This document shows, piece after piece, positions 45,481-56,561 of a DNA stretch of 64,000 bases. A program made the translations under genes and the position numbers. The notes beneath the pieces are model-generated. The model worked only from the letters and a program-made list of their open reading frames with translations. It was not told the DNA's origin and ran no database searches. The number at the start of each line of letters is the position of its first letter. Position 1 is the first letter of the stretch. Source of the DNA: an uncultured Bacteroidales bacterium (lineage in GTDB: Bacteria; Bacteroidota; Bacteroidia; Bacteroidales; UBA10428); contig CAYWCR010000005.1 in the NCBI GenBank assembly GCA_964456825.1, forward strand, positions 9,305-73,304. The letters are read 5' to 3'.

Positions 45481-46317
45481 ATGGAACAAGAAAAGAACCT
45501 GATTATGGTTACATGGGATTTTACCGAAAAAAATCTCTATGCCCTAAAACACGCCGTTAATATATCCCATATCCTCAAAAGTGAAGTCGTCCTTCTTCAT
45601 GTTGTTAAAAAAGATAGTGAAATTGAGGAGGCTCAAAAAAGAATGGAAGAAGATGTCCGGAAAGCAATTCCGGAAACAACCGTTCGGTTCAGGTTCCTGG
45701 CCCGTGAAGGTTCGATCTTTCATACCATCGGAGAAACGGCAGCCGAGATAAATGCCGTGATGGTAATTATGGGAACCCATGGAATCAAGGGCATGCAAAA
45801 GCTGATGGGAAGCTGGGCCTTAAAGGTAATTGCTAGTTCAAAAGCCCCGTTTATTGTTGTACAGGATGCTCCAAGGGCAGAAGTGTTTAAGAATATCGTC
45901 ATCCCGATCTCTTACCGGCGGGAAATAAAGGAATGCATTTCCTGGACACATTTCTTTTCAAGGACTTTCAATACCAAGTTTATCCTGATCCGGGCCAAAT
46001 ATTCAGATTCAAATTTCAAAAGAGGGGTGGAATCAAATACCTACTTCCTGTCGAAATACTTTACCACAAAGAATATTCGGTTTGAAATAAAAATTGCGGA
46101 TGGAGAAACCGACTTTGGCAACGAGATTGTTAATTACGCCAAACAGGTCCAAACCGATGCCATTATGGTGATGACCACCAGGGACATAGGTTTTACCGAT
46201 TATGTGCTGGGTCCGCAGGAACAATATATAATCGCCAACAGTGAGAAAATCCCCGTAATATGCATTAATCCCCGGCCCGTCAAAATCGGAGGTGGTTTCA
46301 GTGCGAGCGGAGGATAA
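45481..46317 (+). CDS. Universal stress protein (two USP domains)
   Basis: IMVTWDFTE, VVLLHV, VIMGTHG..G, GSWALKVI..SKAP.IVV. Confidence 0.9.
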   Translation: MEQEKNLIMVTWDFTEKNLYALKHAVNISHILKSEVVLLHVVKKDSEIEEAQKRMEEDVRKAIPETTVRFRFLAREGSIFHTIGETAAEINAVMVIMGTHGIKGMQKLMGSWALKVIASSKAPFIVVQDAPRAEVFKNIVIPISYRREIKECISWTHFFSRTFNTKFILIRAKYSDSNFKRGVESNTYFLSKYFTTKNIRFEIKIADGETDFGNEIVNYAKQVQTDAIMVMTTRDIGFTDYVLGPQEQYIIANSEKIPVICINPRPVKIGGGFSASGG

Positions 46318-46349
46318 CCATTACCACATTTTCAGATTGTTCAGCCATA

Positions 46350-46379
46350 ATAAAAACAAGGAATTTTCCTTGTTTTTAT
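46350..46379. terminator. Intrinsic terminator-like inverted repeat after usp
   Basis: ATAAAAACAAGGA-ATTT-TCCTTGTTTTTAT, a perfect 13-bp inverted repeat with A/T tracts. Confidence 0.7.
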
Positions 46380-46394
46380 TTTTAATTCCGGTTT

Positions 46395-46973
46395 ATGAAG
46401 CTCTTAATCGCCACCAACAACCTCCATAAAGTTCAGGAGATCCGGCATGCCCTTGATCAGCGTATCGAATTGCTGACCCTTAATGATATCGGTTTCAGCG
46501 GTGACATTCCTGAGACCGAAAAGACGGTTGAGGGCAATGCAATCCAAAAAGCTTTCTTTATCTATGAACGATACAGGATTAATTGCTTTGCTGATGATAC
46601 GGGGCTTGAAATTGAAGCCCTGAATGGAGAGCCTGGTGTTTATTCAGCACGCTATGCGGGTGAGGATTGTTGTTTTGAGAACAATATCAATAAAGTACTG
46701 GCGGCAATGCAGTCGGTCAAAAACAGGTCTGCACTTTTTCGCACGGTCATTGCCCTGATCATGGATGGAAAACTGATCACCTTTGAAGGTATTGTAAAGG
46801 GGATGATTTGCGATAAAAGAAGGGGCGAAAATGGATTTGGCTACGATCCTATATTTCAGCCCGAAGGATTGGATAAGACCTTTGCTGAAATCTCACTGGA
46901 AGAAAAAAATAGGTTATCCCACCGGGCCATAGCCATAAGGAAACTTGTTCATTATCTGGGCACTGTTTGCTGA
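46395..46973 (+). CDS. rdgB: Non-canonical purine NTP pyrophosphatase (RdgB/HAM1)
   Basis: ATNN.HK..E, ADDTGL, GEPGVYSARY, GFGYDPIF, SHR. Confidence 0.95.
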   Translation: MKLLIATNNLHKVQEIRHALDQRIELLTLNDIGFSGDIPETEKTVEGNAIQKAFFIYERYRINCFADDTGLEIEALNGEPGVYSARYAGEDCCFENNINKVLAAMQSVKNRSALFRTVIALIMDGKLITFEGIVKGMICDKRRGENGFGYDPIFQPEGLDKTFAEISLEEKNRLSHRAIAIRKLVHYLGTVC

Positions 46974-47052
46974 ACGACTCCCCTTTATCCTGTTTCTGCC
47001 AAATAATCCGCAACCTTTTTGGGTAGTTGAAATGAAATTATTATAATAGCAA

Positions 47053-47060
47053 TAACTTTG
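47053..47060 (+). promoter_or_regulatory. Sigma-70 -7 element (TAACTTTG) for porZ-recO
   Basis: Exact TAnnTTTG; the TTG start used in the ORF track lies inside it. Confidence 0.55.
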
Positions 47061-47096
47061 GCAAAGTTCCGTATTATTTCAGGTAATATTAACACC

Positions 47097-49379
47097 ATGA
47101 ACCGACTCTTAACAACCCTGACATTCATTTTGCTGAATGCTTATTGGCTGGCGGCTCAAATTCCCAACGGATCCTGGCGGGACCACCTGCCCTATACCGG
47201 TGCAAAAAAAATTGCTGAAATTGATGGAAAGATATTCTGCGCCACCACCGGGGGATTGTTCTCCTACAATACATCCGACAACAGCATTCAGCGATATTCA
47301 AAAGTGAATGGTTTATCGGATATTGACATCAGCACCATCGGTTACTCCGAAGAAACCAAAACGCTCGTGATTGCTTATCAGAATGGGAATCTTGACCTAA
47401 TACGGAATGATACTATCCATAATCTGCCCGATATCAAAAGAAAAACCATTATCGGCGATAAATCGGTCAGCAACATTCTTTTTGATAATACGGAAGCTTA
47501 TTTGGCCTGTGGTTTTGGTGTGGTTTTGGTGGATATGAACAAAATGGTTGTCAAAGACAGCTATTTTTTCGGACCCGGGGGATCTCAGATTAAGGTCAAC
47601 GATATAGCATTTGACGGGACGTACCTGTATGCAGCCACCACCGAGGGTATTTACCTAGCGGATCATCGTGACCCTAACCTGGTAGATTATAATGCATGGA
47701 CCCGGCTTACTACCTTGCCTGATAACACTATACCGTATCGCCATCTGGTCTATATGAATGGGAAACTGTTCACTTATTACCGGAACCCGGCAACCAATAT
47801 GGACGATATTATCACCATTGACGGATCGGGTTGGAAAAAATGGGAAAAAGGCTATAGTGAATACTTCACTTATTTTTCAAAGCAAAAGAACTATCTTGTT
47901 TTTTCATCCAATTACCGGACGGATGTCTATGATGAAAATGAAACACATATCGCAGCAGTTGCTTCTCTTTATGCCCAGCATGCTATTTTTGACAAGAACG
48001 GACAGATATGGATTGCTGATCCTGAAAAGGGATTGGGGAAAGCCGAACCTTCCGGATACAGTTTTATAGCCCCCAACGGACCTGCTTACCGGGATGTCGG
48101 GGATATCGTATGTCAATCGGGAATTATCTGGGCAGGCGGAGGTAATCTTTCATCACGCTATAAAAGCAGGGGGGCCTATCACTTTACGGATGAAAAATGG
48201 ACCAGTTATAACCGGATCACCCTGCCGGAACTCGATAGTTTTTACAACATTTCACAGGTCGCTATAGATCCCTTTGACCCGGGGCACGTTTATGGCGGTT
48301 CATTGGGATATGGAATCGTTGAATTTCAGGATGGGAATCTGATCAACATATTTGATGAAACGGATGGCGTCCTTGAACCCGTTCCCGGTTATGGACATGG
48401 ATTTGTAAATGTTACCGGCATTAATTTCGATCCGGCGGGTAATCTTTGGATCTCGACCAGCTTAAGTGATCAACCTGTTTATGTGATTAATAAGGACAAA
48501 ACATGGCAAAAGCCGGAATTTGAATTTTCCGGATTTGGTGTTGGCACACGTGTCGGTGATATTCTGGCAACCTCCTTATTTCAGCAGTGGCTTATCATTG
48601 ATAAATACGGGGTTCTGGTCTTTTCCATGGACGGCGCTTCTATAACGGAGCGTGCTATAAAGGTAACGAATCAGGAAGGGGAATCGTATGACGGTATTTA
48701 TTCCATTGCGGAAGACCGGGAAGGGAATATCTGGGTAGGGACCAACAAGGGTCCTGTTATTTATTATAATCCTGTTGATATTTTTGAAGAAGAAGCAGTC
48801 AGCGGCTATCAGCCGGCAATCCCCCGCAATGATAACACCGATAATGCTGATTATTTGCTTGGGACAGAGAAAATCAATGCTATAGCCGTTGATGGAGGAA
48901 ACAGAAAATGGCTGGGGACAGAGAATTCCGGGGTTTTCCTGGTTTCCGAAGACGGCAAGGAGGAACTGCTTCATTTCAATACCGACAATAGCCCCATACC
49001 CTCCAATACCATTAGCAGCATTGCCATTAATCATACCAATGGCGAAGTTTTCTTCGGTACCGATAAAGGCATATTTTCATACAAAGGCCAATCTACCGAA
49101 GGCAGCGATGACTTTTCCCATGCCTATGTCTTTCCCAATCCGGTAAGGGAGAATTATGAGGGCGATATTACCATTACCGGCCTGGTTACGGATGTCAATG
49201 TTAAAATTACCGATGTTAGCGGAAATCTGGTTTTTGAGACAAAAGCCTTAGGAGGCCAGGCGATCTGGGACGGCAGGAACTTTTCAGGGAAAAAGGTGAA
49301 TACCGGTGTATATCTTGTCTTTTGTTCCAATGATGATGGCAGCAAGACTTTTGTTACAAAGCTTTTGTTCATTCACTAA
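47097..49379 (+). CDS. porZ: T9SS anionic LPS delivery protein PorZ-like (propellers + CTD)
   Basis: GSWRDHLPY N-terminus, repeated D..GN.W.GT propeller blades, HAYVFPNPVRENY...ITD.SGNLVF...WDGRNFSGKKV.TGVY C-terminus; adjacent to recO. Confidence 0.85.
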   Translation: MNRLLTTLTFILLNAYWLAAQIPNGSWRDHLPYTGAKKIAEIDGKIFCATTGGLFSYNTSDNSIQRYSKVNGLSDIDISTIGYSEETKTLVIAYQNGNLDLIRNDTIHNLPDIKRKTIIGDKSVSNILFDNTEAYLACGFGVVLVDMNKMVVKDSYFFGPGGSQIKVNDIAFDGTYLYAATTEGIYLADHRDPNLVDYNAWTRLTTLPDNTIPYRHLVYMNGKLFTYYRNPATNMDDIITIDGSGWKKWEKGYSEYFTYFSKQKNYLVFSSNYRTDVYDENETHIAAVASLYAQHAIFDKNGQIWIADPEKGLGKAEPSGYSFIAPNGPAYRDVGDIVCQSGIIWAGGGNLSSRYKSRGAYHFTDEKWTSYNRITLPELDSFYNISQVAIDPFDPGHVYGGSLGYGIVEFQDGNLINIFDETDGVLEPVPGYGHGFVNVTGINFDPAGNLWISTSLSDQPVYVINKDKTWQKPEFEFSGFGVGTRVGDILATSLFQQWLIIDKYGVLVFSMDGASITERAIKVTNQEGESYDGIYSIAEDREGNIWVGTNKGPVIYYNPVDIFEEEAVSGYQPAIPRNDNTDNADYLLGTEKINAIAVDGGNRKWLGTENSGVFLVSEDGKEELLHFNTDNSPIPSNTISSIAINHTNGEVFFGTDKGIFSYKGQSTEGSDDFSHAYVFPNPVRENYEGDITITGLVTDVNVKITDVSGNLVFETKALGGQAIWDGRNFSGKKVNTGVYLVFCSNDDGSKTFVTKLLFIH

Positions 49380-49396
49380 TCCATTATATCCCGGCA

Positions 49397-50098
49397 ATGC
49401 TTGTTAAAACACGTGCCATCGCGTTACATTATGTAAAATACTCAGAATCAAGCATTATTGCCTGTTTATATACAGAAAAATTCGGAAGGCAGTCCTACAT
49501 CATTAATGCCGTACGCACAAAAAGACCTGCCATCCCGTCCTCTTTCTTTCTTCCGCTGACCCTGCTGGACACCGACGTATACTATAAATCCGGCAGGGAT
49601 ATCCAGCGAATAAAAGAAATGACATGCCTGCTGCATTTTCATTCCATCCCTTTCCAGGTTGTCAAAAGCACAATTGCTTTGTTCATTGCGGAATTGCTGT
49701 ATAAAACCCTGAAGGAAGAAGAAACAAATCCGGCGCTTTTTGATTTTTTAATCCATGCGATCCAGTTGCTGGATATCAAAGATGAAGGAATTCAGAATTT
49801 TCATCTCGTTTTTCTGCTGCATTATATGAAATTTCTGGGCATATATCCCTTTCATCCCGAAACCGAAGGGATGCAGAACTATCTGCCGGTTTTTAACCTG
49901 CCTCCGGATGCAGGAGCCGGGGAGAAAAAAGGACTTGAACAACTGATCCACAGTTCACTGTCTCAATTGGGAGAAATCAGGCTGACCCATAAAACACGCA
50001 GCTTTTTACTGGAAAGGATTATGGAGTTTTACAGGATCCACCTCGATCAGGTTACCGGGATCCGGTCATTGCAGGTTCTTAAGGAAGTATTTCAATGA
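49397..50098 (+). CDS. recO: DNA repair protein RecO
   Basis: KTRAIAL..VKYSESSII..LYTE.FGRQSY, LLDIDVY-like OB fold, KSTIALFIAE. Confidence 0.93.
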   Translation: MLVKTRAIALHYVKYSESSIIACLYTEKFGRQSYIINAVRTKRPAIPSSFFLPLTLLDTDVYYKSGRDIQRIKEMTCLLHFHSIPFQVVKSTIALFIAELLYKTLKEEETNPALFDFLIHAIQLLDIKDEGIQNFHLVFLLHYMKFLGIYPFHPETEGMQNYLPVFNLPPDAGAGEKKGLEQLIHSSLSQLGEIRLTHKTRSFLLERIMEFYRIHLDQVTGIRSLQVLKEVFQ

Positions 50099-50177
50099 CG
50101 GTCCCTGAATGCCGGAAAACAACACGGACAACTTAAATTTTAAAATGCGGATTGTATTGGTTAATTTCGTTGCATAA

Positions 50178-50816
50178 GTGCAACCGATGCAAGACAACAT
50201 GAACTATGATTGGTTAACCCTGGCCCGGAAAATTCAGTCCATTGCACAGGCAGGCCTGACCTATTCCGAAAATCCTTATGATATCAGCCGGTATGAACAA
50301 TTGCTGCAGCTGGCAGCCGAAATACTGCATCATTATACCGGGGTGGAAATGGATAAGATCGCCAATCTGATTAAATCCGAAAAAGGATATCTTACGCCCA
50401 AAGTGGACGTCAGGGGTGTGGTTTTCAGGGAGGACAAAATACTCATGGTCAGGGAAAGAATAGACGGCCACTGGTCTGTACCCGGAGGATGGGCCGATGT
50501 AGGATTGACACCTTTTGAGGTAGCTGAAAAAGAGGTTTGGGAAGAATCAGGTCTCAGGGTAAAAGCAAACCGTTTGCTGGCAGTGCTGGATAAAAAATGC
50601 CATCATCATCCGCCTGACCTATTCCATGTATATAAATTGTTCATCCTGTGCGATGAAACAGGGGGTGCAATGACCAGCGGACTTGAAACCAGTGAGATAG
50701 GTTTTTTTCCGCAACATAACCTTCCCCCCTTGTCACAAAACCGTATTACCCGGGAACAGATAAACCTGCTCTATGAGTACAGGGAAAATCCTGACAAGGA
50801 AGCCCTATGTGATTAA
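50178..50816 (+). CDS. NUDIX hydrolase with Nudix_N domain (ADP-ribose pyrophosphatase-like)
   Basis: IQSIAQAGLTY..NPYD..RY, GYLTPKVDVRG, PGGWADVG...EVAEKEVWEESG Nudix box. The exact start is uncertain (GTG or a downstream ATG). Confidence 0.92.
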   Translation: MQPMQDNMNYDWLTLARKIQSIAQAGLTYSENPYDISRYEQLLQLAAEILHHYTGVEMDKIANLIKSEKGYLTPKVDVRGVVFREDKILMVRERIDGHWSVPGGWADVGLTPFEVAEKEVWEESGLRVKANRLLAVLDKKCHHHPPDLFHVYKLFILCDETGGAMTSGLETSEIGFFPQHNLPPLSQNRITREQINLLYEYRENPDKEALCD

Positions 50817-50865
50817 AGTATTTGTATAATTGAAATAATTTAAGTATTTTCTGGTCAATTAACTG

Positions 50866-53800
50866 TTAAGGATTGATAACCTCAATCCAATAACCTTCCA
50901 GAACGGCATTGACGCTGTTATCATACATGGCTTCGCAATGGATCCCGGGCAGATAAAACCTGCCTACATAGGAAGCGTTCAGGGGGATGACAAAGGTTTT
51001 GCTTTGCCCCCGGGCAAGGTCAAAATAAGTTAAGACACGATCATCTCTGAAATCCTGATAATTAGGTACGCTTACTTCCTGTGAAGATTTAAAATCAAAC
51101 AAGCGGTTATTACGGATTTCCCACCCCGATGGGAATATCTGGGTAAGGGCCATATCCTTATAGCGGAGCAGGGATGGATTCGTTACCGTTACCACGGCCA
51201 TAAAATCGCTTCCCTGGGTTAAACGCGAAACATCCACCGCAGACCCGTTAATATCCTTGAATTCCAGTTTCATGGATAGATTGTTCGCCACCGCTCTTTC
51301 ACCTCCGGTCTGTGGTATTCCCGACAAGACGACTCTGGCATACAGCATTCCCTGGCCTTTGTTTTCAAGCTGGATTTTTCCATTTGTAGCTGATCTGGTA
51401 AAATTCAGGGTAACTTTAGAAAAGGGTTTTTCGGTATTGGCGGTGATGATTTTGCCGTCATTGATCCTGTAAGTAAACTGGAGTTTTTTCGATGTGCCTG
51501 AAGTCCCTGCAAATTTAACCATTGATAATAGGCAATAAGCCGTTGTCTGGGTACTCATCCAGTATTCCCGGGTCAGGCTTTCCGATATTTTCAGGGCTAA
51601 TGGAGCTGCTTTGGCCCTGTCATTCATCAGGACCAGGGTTTCCAGGATCATGGCCCAGTCGCGTTCCATGGAACCATAGGAAGAAGTGAATCCGCTGTAC
51701 GGTTTAATGTCGGCGATGGACCCTGCGGTTAATTGCCTGGCTATTTCTGCCTGTCCGGCCAAGGCATAAGCAGCTGCAAGCCTCCATTTTGCCTGAATGC
51801 TCAATTCCTTATTTTCCCTGAGCCTGTTCATGGCTCCCATTTCAGGTTCGCCGGCGAGCGCCAGGGTATACAAACGATACGCCTGCTCAAGGTCATATTG
51901 ATAATATGGATCTCTTGCGCCCTCGTTTCTCCATTGCCGTGCGGTTTTTTTCTGGTGTTTGAGCCAGCCCGGTTTCAGTCCCGGTGGCAGGGCATAGCCT
52001 TTCTTTTCAGCTTCCAACATGAAATGTCCTGCATAGGAACTGCTCCAGTCATTCACATCATTTCCTCCCGGCCAGTAACTGAATCCACCACCGGAAGTTA
52101 GAAAGGATTTCAACCGGTCAAGACCTGCTTTAATATTTCCGGATATCCTGGATTTGTAGTTTTCATCGAGGTCCATTACATCGGATAAATATAGCTGGGG
52201 GAAGACAGATGAAGTTGTCTGTTCAATGCATCCGTGCGGATACTGGATAAGATAATGCAGGCGCCTTTCAATGTCAACAGGAGGAATGGAGGATACCTCA
52301 AGATTACCGGTATTGGTACCCGCCATGCCCGGCATGGTAAATTCGGATATCCAGGTCTTGCCAGGATCCACTAACCCGGCATACAAGGTTGTAATCTCCG
52401 GATTCGAGGGCCTTACATCCAGTTCAATATCATAGGTGGCAGATAAATTGCCGCTTGTGGCAACCACGGTTACTTTGCCCAATCCAATCCTCAAGGCGGT
52501 CTTCAGTGAGAACACCACCACTTTGTCTCCGGTCTGTTCGAAGGAAACCGGTTTTGATCTTTCATCCTGAGGAATAAGCAATTCATTGGATTTTATCTGA
52601 ACGGATACATTTTTTATGGTTGGCTCCATGGCAAAAACAGTAACCGGAAGCTTCACCTCCTCACCCGGGCCGAGAACCCGGGGTAATGTGGCCAGCACCA
52701 TTAAAGGACTTCTTACCGGAGCGGTTTTTTCCTGAAATCCATAGGCTCCATCAGCTCCTGCAATGACCATGGTTCTGACAGACCCGACATAACGCGGCAT
52801 CTGAATGACATGGGAATTTGAACGTCCCTGCTGAAGCGTGAACGGACCCTTGAAGATGACGACAGGTTTGAAGCGGTTTGCCTTTTCAGCGTCAGGTTTC
52901 CCTTCTTCTTCAGCATCTCCTCCGATACTCAGAATGCTTTCAAGTTTACCGCCATAGGCTCCGATTACCTGGTCATACAAGTCCCATGTTCTTACCCCCA
53001 GCGCCTCCCGGGAATAAAATGTGCTCCACGGATCGGGGGTTTTAAACCGGGTAAGATCAAGCAAACCATCGTCCACAATCGCCAGGGTATAAGTCATGCT
53101 CCTTTTATTGGCCTCGCTTATCTTCACCGTGAATTCTTTCTCGGGTTCAAGGACATCGGACATGGTGATCTGCGGCTGAAGTTTTGTCTCAGGATTCTCC
53201 ACCAGCAAAGGTATTACACCGTAAAGCCTGATGGGCATGTCATTGGCTGTGTTGCTGTGAGGCTGAATGAGGGTGACATGAACATAAATGTTCGGCGCCA
53301 TTTCGGGTGTTACATCAAAAACATAGCGCGTTTCTTTTTCTGTTGCGGGTATCCATTCAGCCTTGATAACGGAAGATCCTGATTCCAGGCTCACCAGGGC
53401 ACGTCCTTGTCCGCTGGTGGGAATGATGATCTCGGCTTTTTCACCTACATTGTAAGTCGTTTTATCCGCATTAAAGGATAGCATGGATGCTGCCTGAGGA
53501 TCATCCCGTAAGGGTCTGCCGGCCCATCCGGGCCAGTCAATATATACAATCTTGCCAGCTGCATGACCGCTTACCGGATCCATCACCCGGATCAAAAACC
53601 GTCCCCATTCAGGCCGGTTGATACGGAAATTAAACCTTCCTTTGCCGTTTGTTGTGTTCACCTTTTTGGTAACAACAGGCTGGTTATAATTATTTCCGAT
53701 ATAACTGGCCAGGTCATCAGCAGAACTTTCCCACCAATACCTCCAATTGATTTTGTATATATTGACCTCGAGATTGGCCCTGCTTACAGGATTACCGTTA

Positions 53801-56451
53801 TTATCCAGCGTCACCACATCGACCCATTGTGCCGTATCGGTAAGCAACATACTGCGTTTGTCACCTGCTGGAGGTCTGATACCGACATAGGAGCTGTAAG
53901 GTGAATAGGGAATTGAAAAGAAATCAGTGCTGAAATCTCCGCTTTCTTCAAAAACCCTGGTTATCAGATTGGCTTTCAGCATTCCGGGTGATCTTTGCTC
54001 AACCGATAGTGCAGCTGAAATTCTTGCTTTGCCTTCCTCATCAATCCTTCCATCAAATATAGTCTGCTCTTCAGGGGTAAAAGTGCGGGAGGGATCCGTA
54101 AATTTATAATCGGGATATTTACTGAAAGCCGTCTCGGCATGGGTCAGAGTAACATCAACCTTGGCCTTAAGGTTTCTGGCCGGAGCGCCATGAAGCCAGG
54201 TCACCTTAAGATCACCAAAAAGTGACCGGTCACTGACGGTGAGCTTATCAACATTAAAACCGAAATTAATCTTCAGCCGGTTGGGTTTTACAGTCTCTAT
54301 TTTCAGGGTTTTGGCAAACTCGGTTCCCCCGACTTTTATCTTTGCATTCCAGTAACCTGTGGGCGCTTCGGGACGCGTTGGGGTATTGAAGGTGTAAAAC
54401 CCATTTGAACCTGTTCTTCGCGTAGAACGATTATATAATTGTCCCTGTGGATTATATAATTCAAAAACAACCGGATGGTTTACGGGCAGCTGCTTTTGCT
54501 TGTCTTCCAGTATAAACGTCAGAAATAACGTATCGCCTGGCCTCCAAACACCTCGCTCACCATATATAAAGCCTTTAAGCCCCTTCTGTATGACACTTCC
54601 GGAGACATCGAACTGGCTCAGGGATAAGGATGAACCATCATCCAGTCTGAGATAACCCCGCTGATCGTCTTTTTTAGCGATGAGCAGAAATGGTTTTTCG
54701 CTGCATTTCAGCGATGCCATGCCGTTGTTGTCTGTAACCGCAGTGGCAACAGTCTGTTGCTGATAGTTCAGTGCAGTAATTTCCGTGCCGGGCATGGACT
54801 GTGCCGAAACAAGATGGGTGACGGAAACCAGCAGTGCATTATTATTGCTGCCCTTGGCAATAATGCCCAGGTCAGATGCAAGAATATTGCGCGCTACATA
54901 GCGATTTTGGGTATAATAAGAGGGTGAGCAGGGATTATCCCGTTGCTCCCAGTCATAATCATAATACTCCCCTTCGTAATAGTATTCTTCATAATAGTCC
55001 TCATAGGAGTCCCAATAACTTAATGCTGTATTATCGGGTTCATCATAATTGTCATCCTGGTCATCTGCCTCTTCCTCTGTTTCGCCTTCACACGGGTAAA
55101 GAGAATAGCTTTTCCTGAATTGTATTTCTAGCCTGTAAATCGAACCAGGATCAGGCTGGATAAAGGATGCAAGATCCAGGTAAAAAATATTCCATGTGGT
55201 TAAGTCCACCGGTTTACTGGTAAGCAAAACCTTTTGCTTGTGCACAAGGCGTCCGGCTCTTTTTAACTGGTTGCTGCCGTCCAGGCGATTTACCTGTAAA
55301 AAATGACCGATGTTGTTTTCGAATATCTTAATGATCCTCACATCAACAGCACTGAGGTTGACCGCTTCAAAAGGAAATATTAGCCCTTTTGAATTGGGCA
55401 GAATAACACCTTTGCCTGCAAGCCTTACAGCAGGTTTAGGTATTTCAAAGGCAATTTCCTTTATATATTCTTCTTTCATTTCATACCCCTGAACATTCAA
55501 TACACCTCTTTTGACGAATAATTTGATATTGCCTCCCTGTCTTACCGATGGATATGCCTTAATGGTATTGCCATCAACCTGGTAGGAAAGTGTGGTATAA
55601 TTCTCAAGGTATATGAGCCCTTCAAGATTCTGGCCTTTTTTTATCGGATCTGAAAATTGTATCAACAGATATTGTTCGGGCTGCTGGGTCACTTTCACAT
55701 GCATGACCCTGAAATCTCCCAGGGCGGGAATCTCCAATTCCTGTTTTCCATTGCAATCAATTCCAATCGGGCTGCCATCCCAGATGATTTCCACTTTTTC
55801 CGTTTTTTCAGTACGTTTAACACTGTCAATAACAAAAGTGAAAGTCCGGCTGTCTACCGGTGGATCCCATTTTATCTTAAAAGGCCGGCCGGTCTGGCTC
55901 GCAGTAATGATCTTCATAAGCTGTTCATCATGGATGGCATCAGCGGCAATCAATGATCCCTTTATTTTATTCCATTGAAGATCGGTATTGCTGTAAGATT
56001 GCAATACGTCCACCGTTACCGTAAAGGACTGGGGAATTACCGAAAATTGAAATTCAAAGGTTTTAAGGTCAGCGGGGACCTCCATTAATTTGGAAAGATA
56101 AAACCTGGCGGTGTAGGTTTCCCCTGATTTCAGGTTTTCATCAGGCCTGAATTCCAGTGTCCTTTTATCGATCCACAGGGCATGGCCTTTAATGGCGGGC
56201 TTGAAATTAAACAATTCGGCCTCAATGGCAGTATTCGATTCGCCGGCGCCGGGACAATCCTCGGCAAGGATTATCTGAATGGATGATTCGGATGAAATCA
56301 CACCGGAAGTAAAGGCTGCAATTTTTTCCGTGAAAGCAGGATTGACCTCAAAGGTTTTTTCACTTTTCTTTTTGCACTGAACGAGAGTAAGCGATAGTAA
56401 CAAAATGATAATCCCTTTGTTAAGGATACCTGGGTATGAATAGTTTCTCAT
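50866..56451 (-). CDS. Bacterial alpha-2-macroglobulin lipoprotein
   Basis: Lipobox LVQC, GERGVWRPGDTL, LAIVDDGLLDLTRF, YPHGCIEQTTS (intact CxEQ thioester motif); 1861 aa. Confidence 0.95.
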   Translation of the reverse strand: MRNYSYPGILNKGIIILLLSLTLVQCKKKSEKTFEVNPAFTEKIAAFTSGVISSESSIQIILAEDCPGAGESNTAIEAELFNFKPAIKGHALWIDKRTLEFRPDENLKSGETYTARFYLSKLMEVPADLKTFEFQFSVIPQSFTVTVDVLQSYSNTDLQWNKIKGSLIAADAIHDEQLMKIITASQTGRPFKIKWDPPVDSRTFTFVIDSVKRTEKTEKVEIIWDGSPIGIDCNGKQELEIPALGDFRVMHVKVTQQPEQYLLIQFSDPIKKGQNLEGLIYLENYTTLSYQVDGNTIKAYPSVRQGGNIKLFVKRGVLNVQGYEMKEEYIKEIAFEIPKPAVRLAGKGVILPNSKGLIFPFEAVNLSAVDVRIIKIFENNIGHFLQVNRLDGSNQLKRAGRLVHKQKVLLTSKPVDLTTWNIFYLDLASFIQPDPGSIYRLEIQFRKSYSLYPCEGETEEEADDQDDNYDEPDNTALSYWDSYEDYYEEYYYEGEYYDYDWEQRDNPCSPSYYTQNRYVARNILASDLGIIAKGSNNNALLVSVTHLVSAQSMPGTEITALNYQQQTVATAVTDNNGMASLKCSEKPFLLIAKKDDQRGYLRLDDGSSLSLSQFDVSGSVIQKGLKGFIYGERGVWRPGDTLFLTFILEDKQKQLPVNHPVVFELYNPQGQLYNRSTRRTGSNGFYTFNTPTRPEAPTGYWNAKIKVGGTEFAKTLKIETVKPNRLKINFGFNVDKLTVSDRSLFGDLKVTWLHGAPARNLKAKVDVTLTHAETAFSKYPDYKFTDPSRTFTPEEQTIFDGRIDEEGKARISAALSVEQRSPGMLKANLITRVFEESGDFSTDFFSIPYSPYSSYVGIRPPAGDKRSMLLTDTAQWVDVVTLDNNGNPVSRANLEVNIYKINWRYWWESSADDLASYIGNNYNQPVVTKKVNTTNGKGRFNFRINRPEWGRFLIRVMDPVSGHAAGKIVYIDWPGWAGRPLRDDPQAASMLSFNADKTTYNVGEKAEIIIPTSGQGRALVSLESGSSVIKAEWIPATEKETRYVFDVTPEMAPNIYVHVTLIQPHSNTANDMPIRLYGVIPLLVENPETKLQPQITMSDVLEPEKEFTVKISEANKRSMTYTLAIVDDGLLDLTRFKTPDPWSTFYSREALGVRTWDLYDQVIGAYGGKLESILSIGGDAEEEGKPDAEKANRFKPVVIFKGPFTLQQGRSNSHVIQMPRYVGSVRTMVIAGADGAYGFQEKTAPVRSPLMVLATLPRVLGPGEEVKLPVTVFAMEPTIKNVSVQIKSNELLIPQDERSKPVSFEQTGDKVVVFSLKTALRIGLGKVTVVATSGNLSATYDIELDVRPSNPEITTLYAGLVDPGKTWISEFTMPGMAGTNTGNLEVSSIPPVDIERRLHYLIQYPHGCIEQTTSSVFPQLYLSDVMDLDENYKSRISGNIKAGLDRLKSFLTSGGGFSYWPGGNDVNDWSSSYAGHFMLEAEKKGYALPPGLKPGWLKHQKKTARQWRNEGARDPYYQYDLEQAYRLYTLALAGEPEMGAMNRLRENKELSIQAKWRLAAAYALAGQAEIARQLTAGSIADIKPYSGFTSSYGSMERDWAMILETLVLMNDRAKAAPLALKISESLTREYWMSTQTTAYCLLSMVKFAGTSGTSKKLQFTYRINDGKIITANTEKPFSKVTLNFTRSATNGKIQLENKGQGMLYARVVLSGIPQTGGERAVANNLSMKLEFKDINGSAVDVSRLTQGSDFMAVVTVTNPSLLRYKDMALTQIFPSGWEIRNNRLFDFKSSQEVSVPNYQDFRDDRVLTYFDLARGQSKTFVIPLNASYVGRFYLPGIHCEAMYDNSVNAVLEGYWIEVINP

Positions 56452-56561
56452 GGTTATTGGATTTTAATGGGAAATACAGGACGGCTTTAAAATACGAAAT
56501 TTCAATGAACTGGCAATGCCTATACCCAAATAATGAAATCGCTTTTAAAGGAGGGTGCAGA

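Noticed and set aside
47058-47096. TTG-start N-terminal extension of PorZ
   Set aside because: The TTG is part of a TAnnTTTG promoter element; ATG47097 gives a proper signal peptide.
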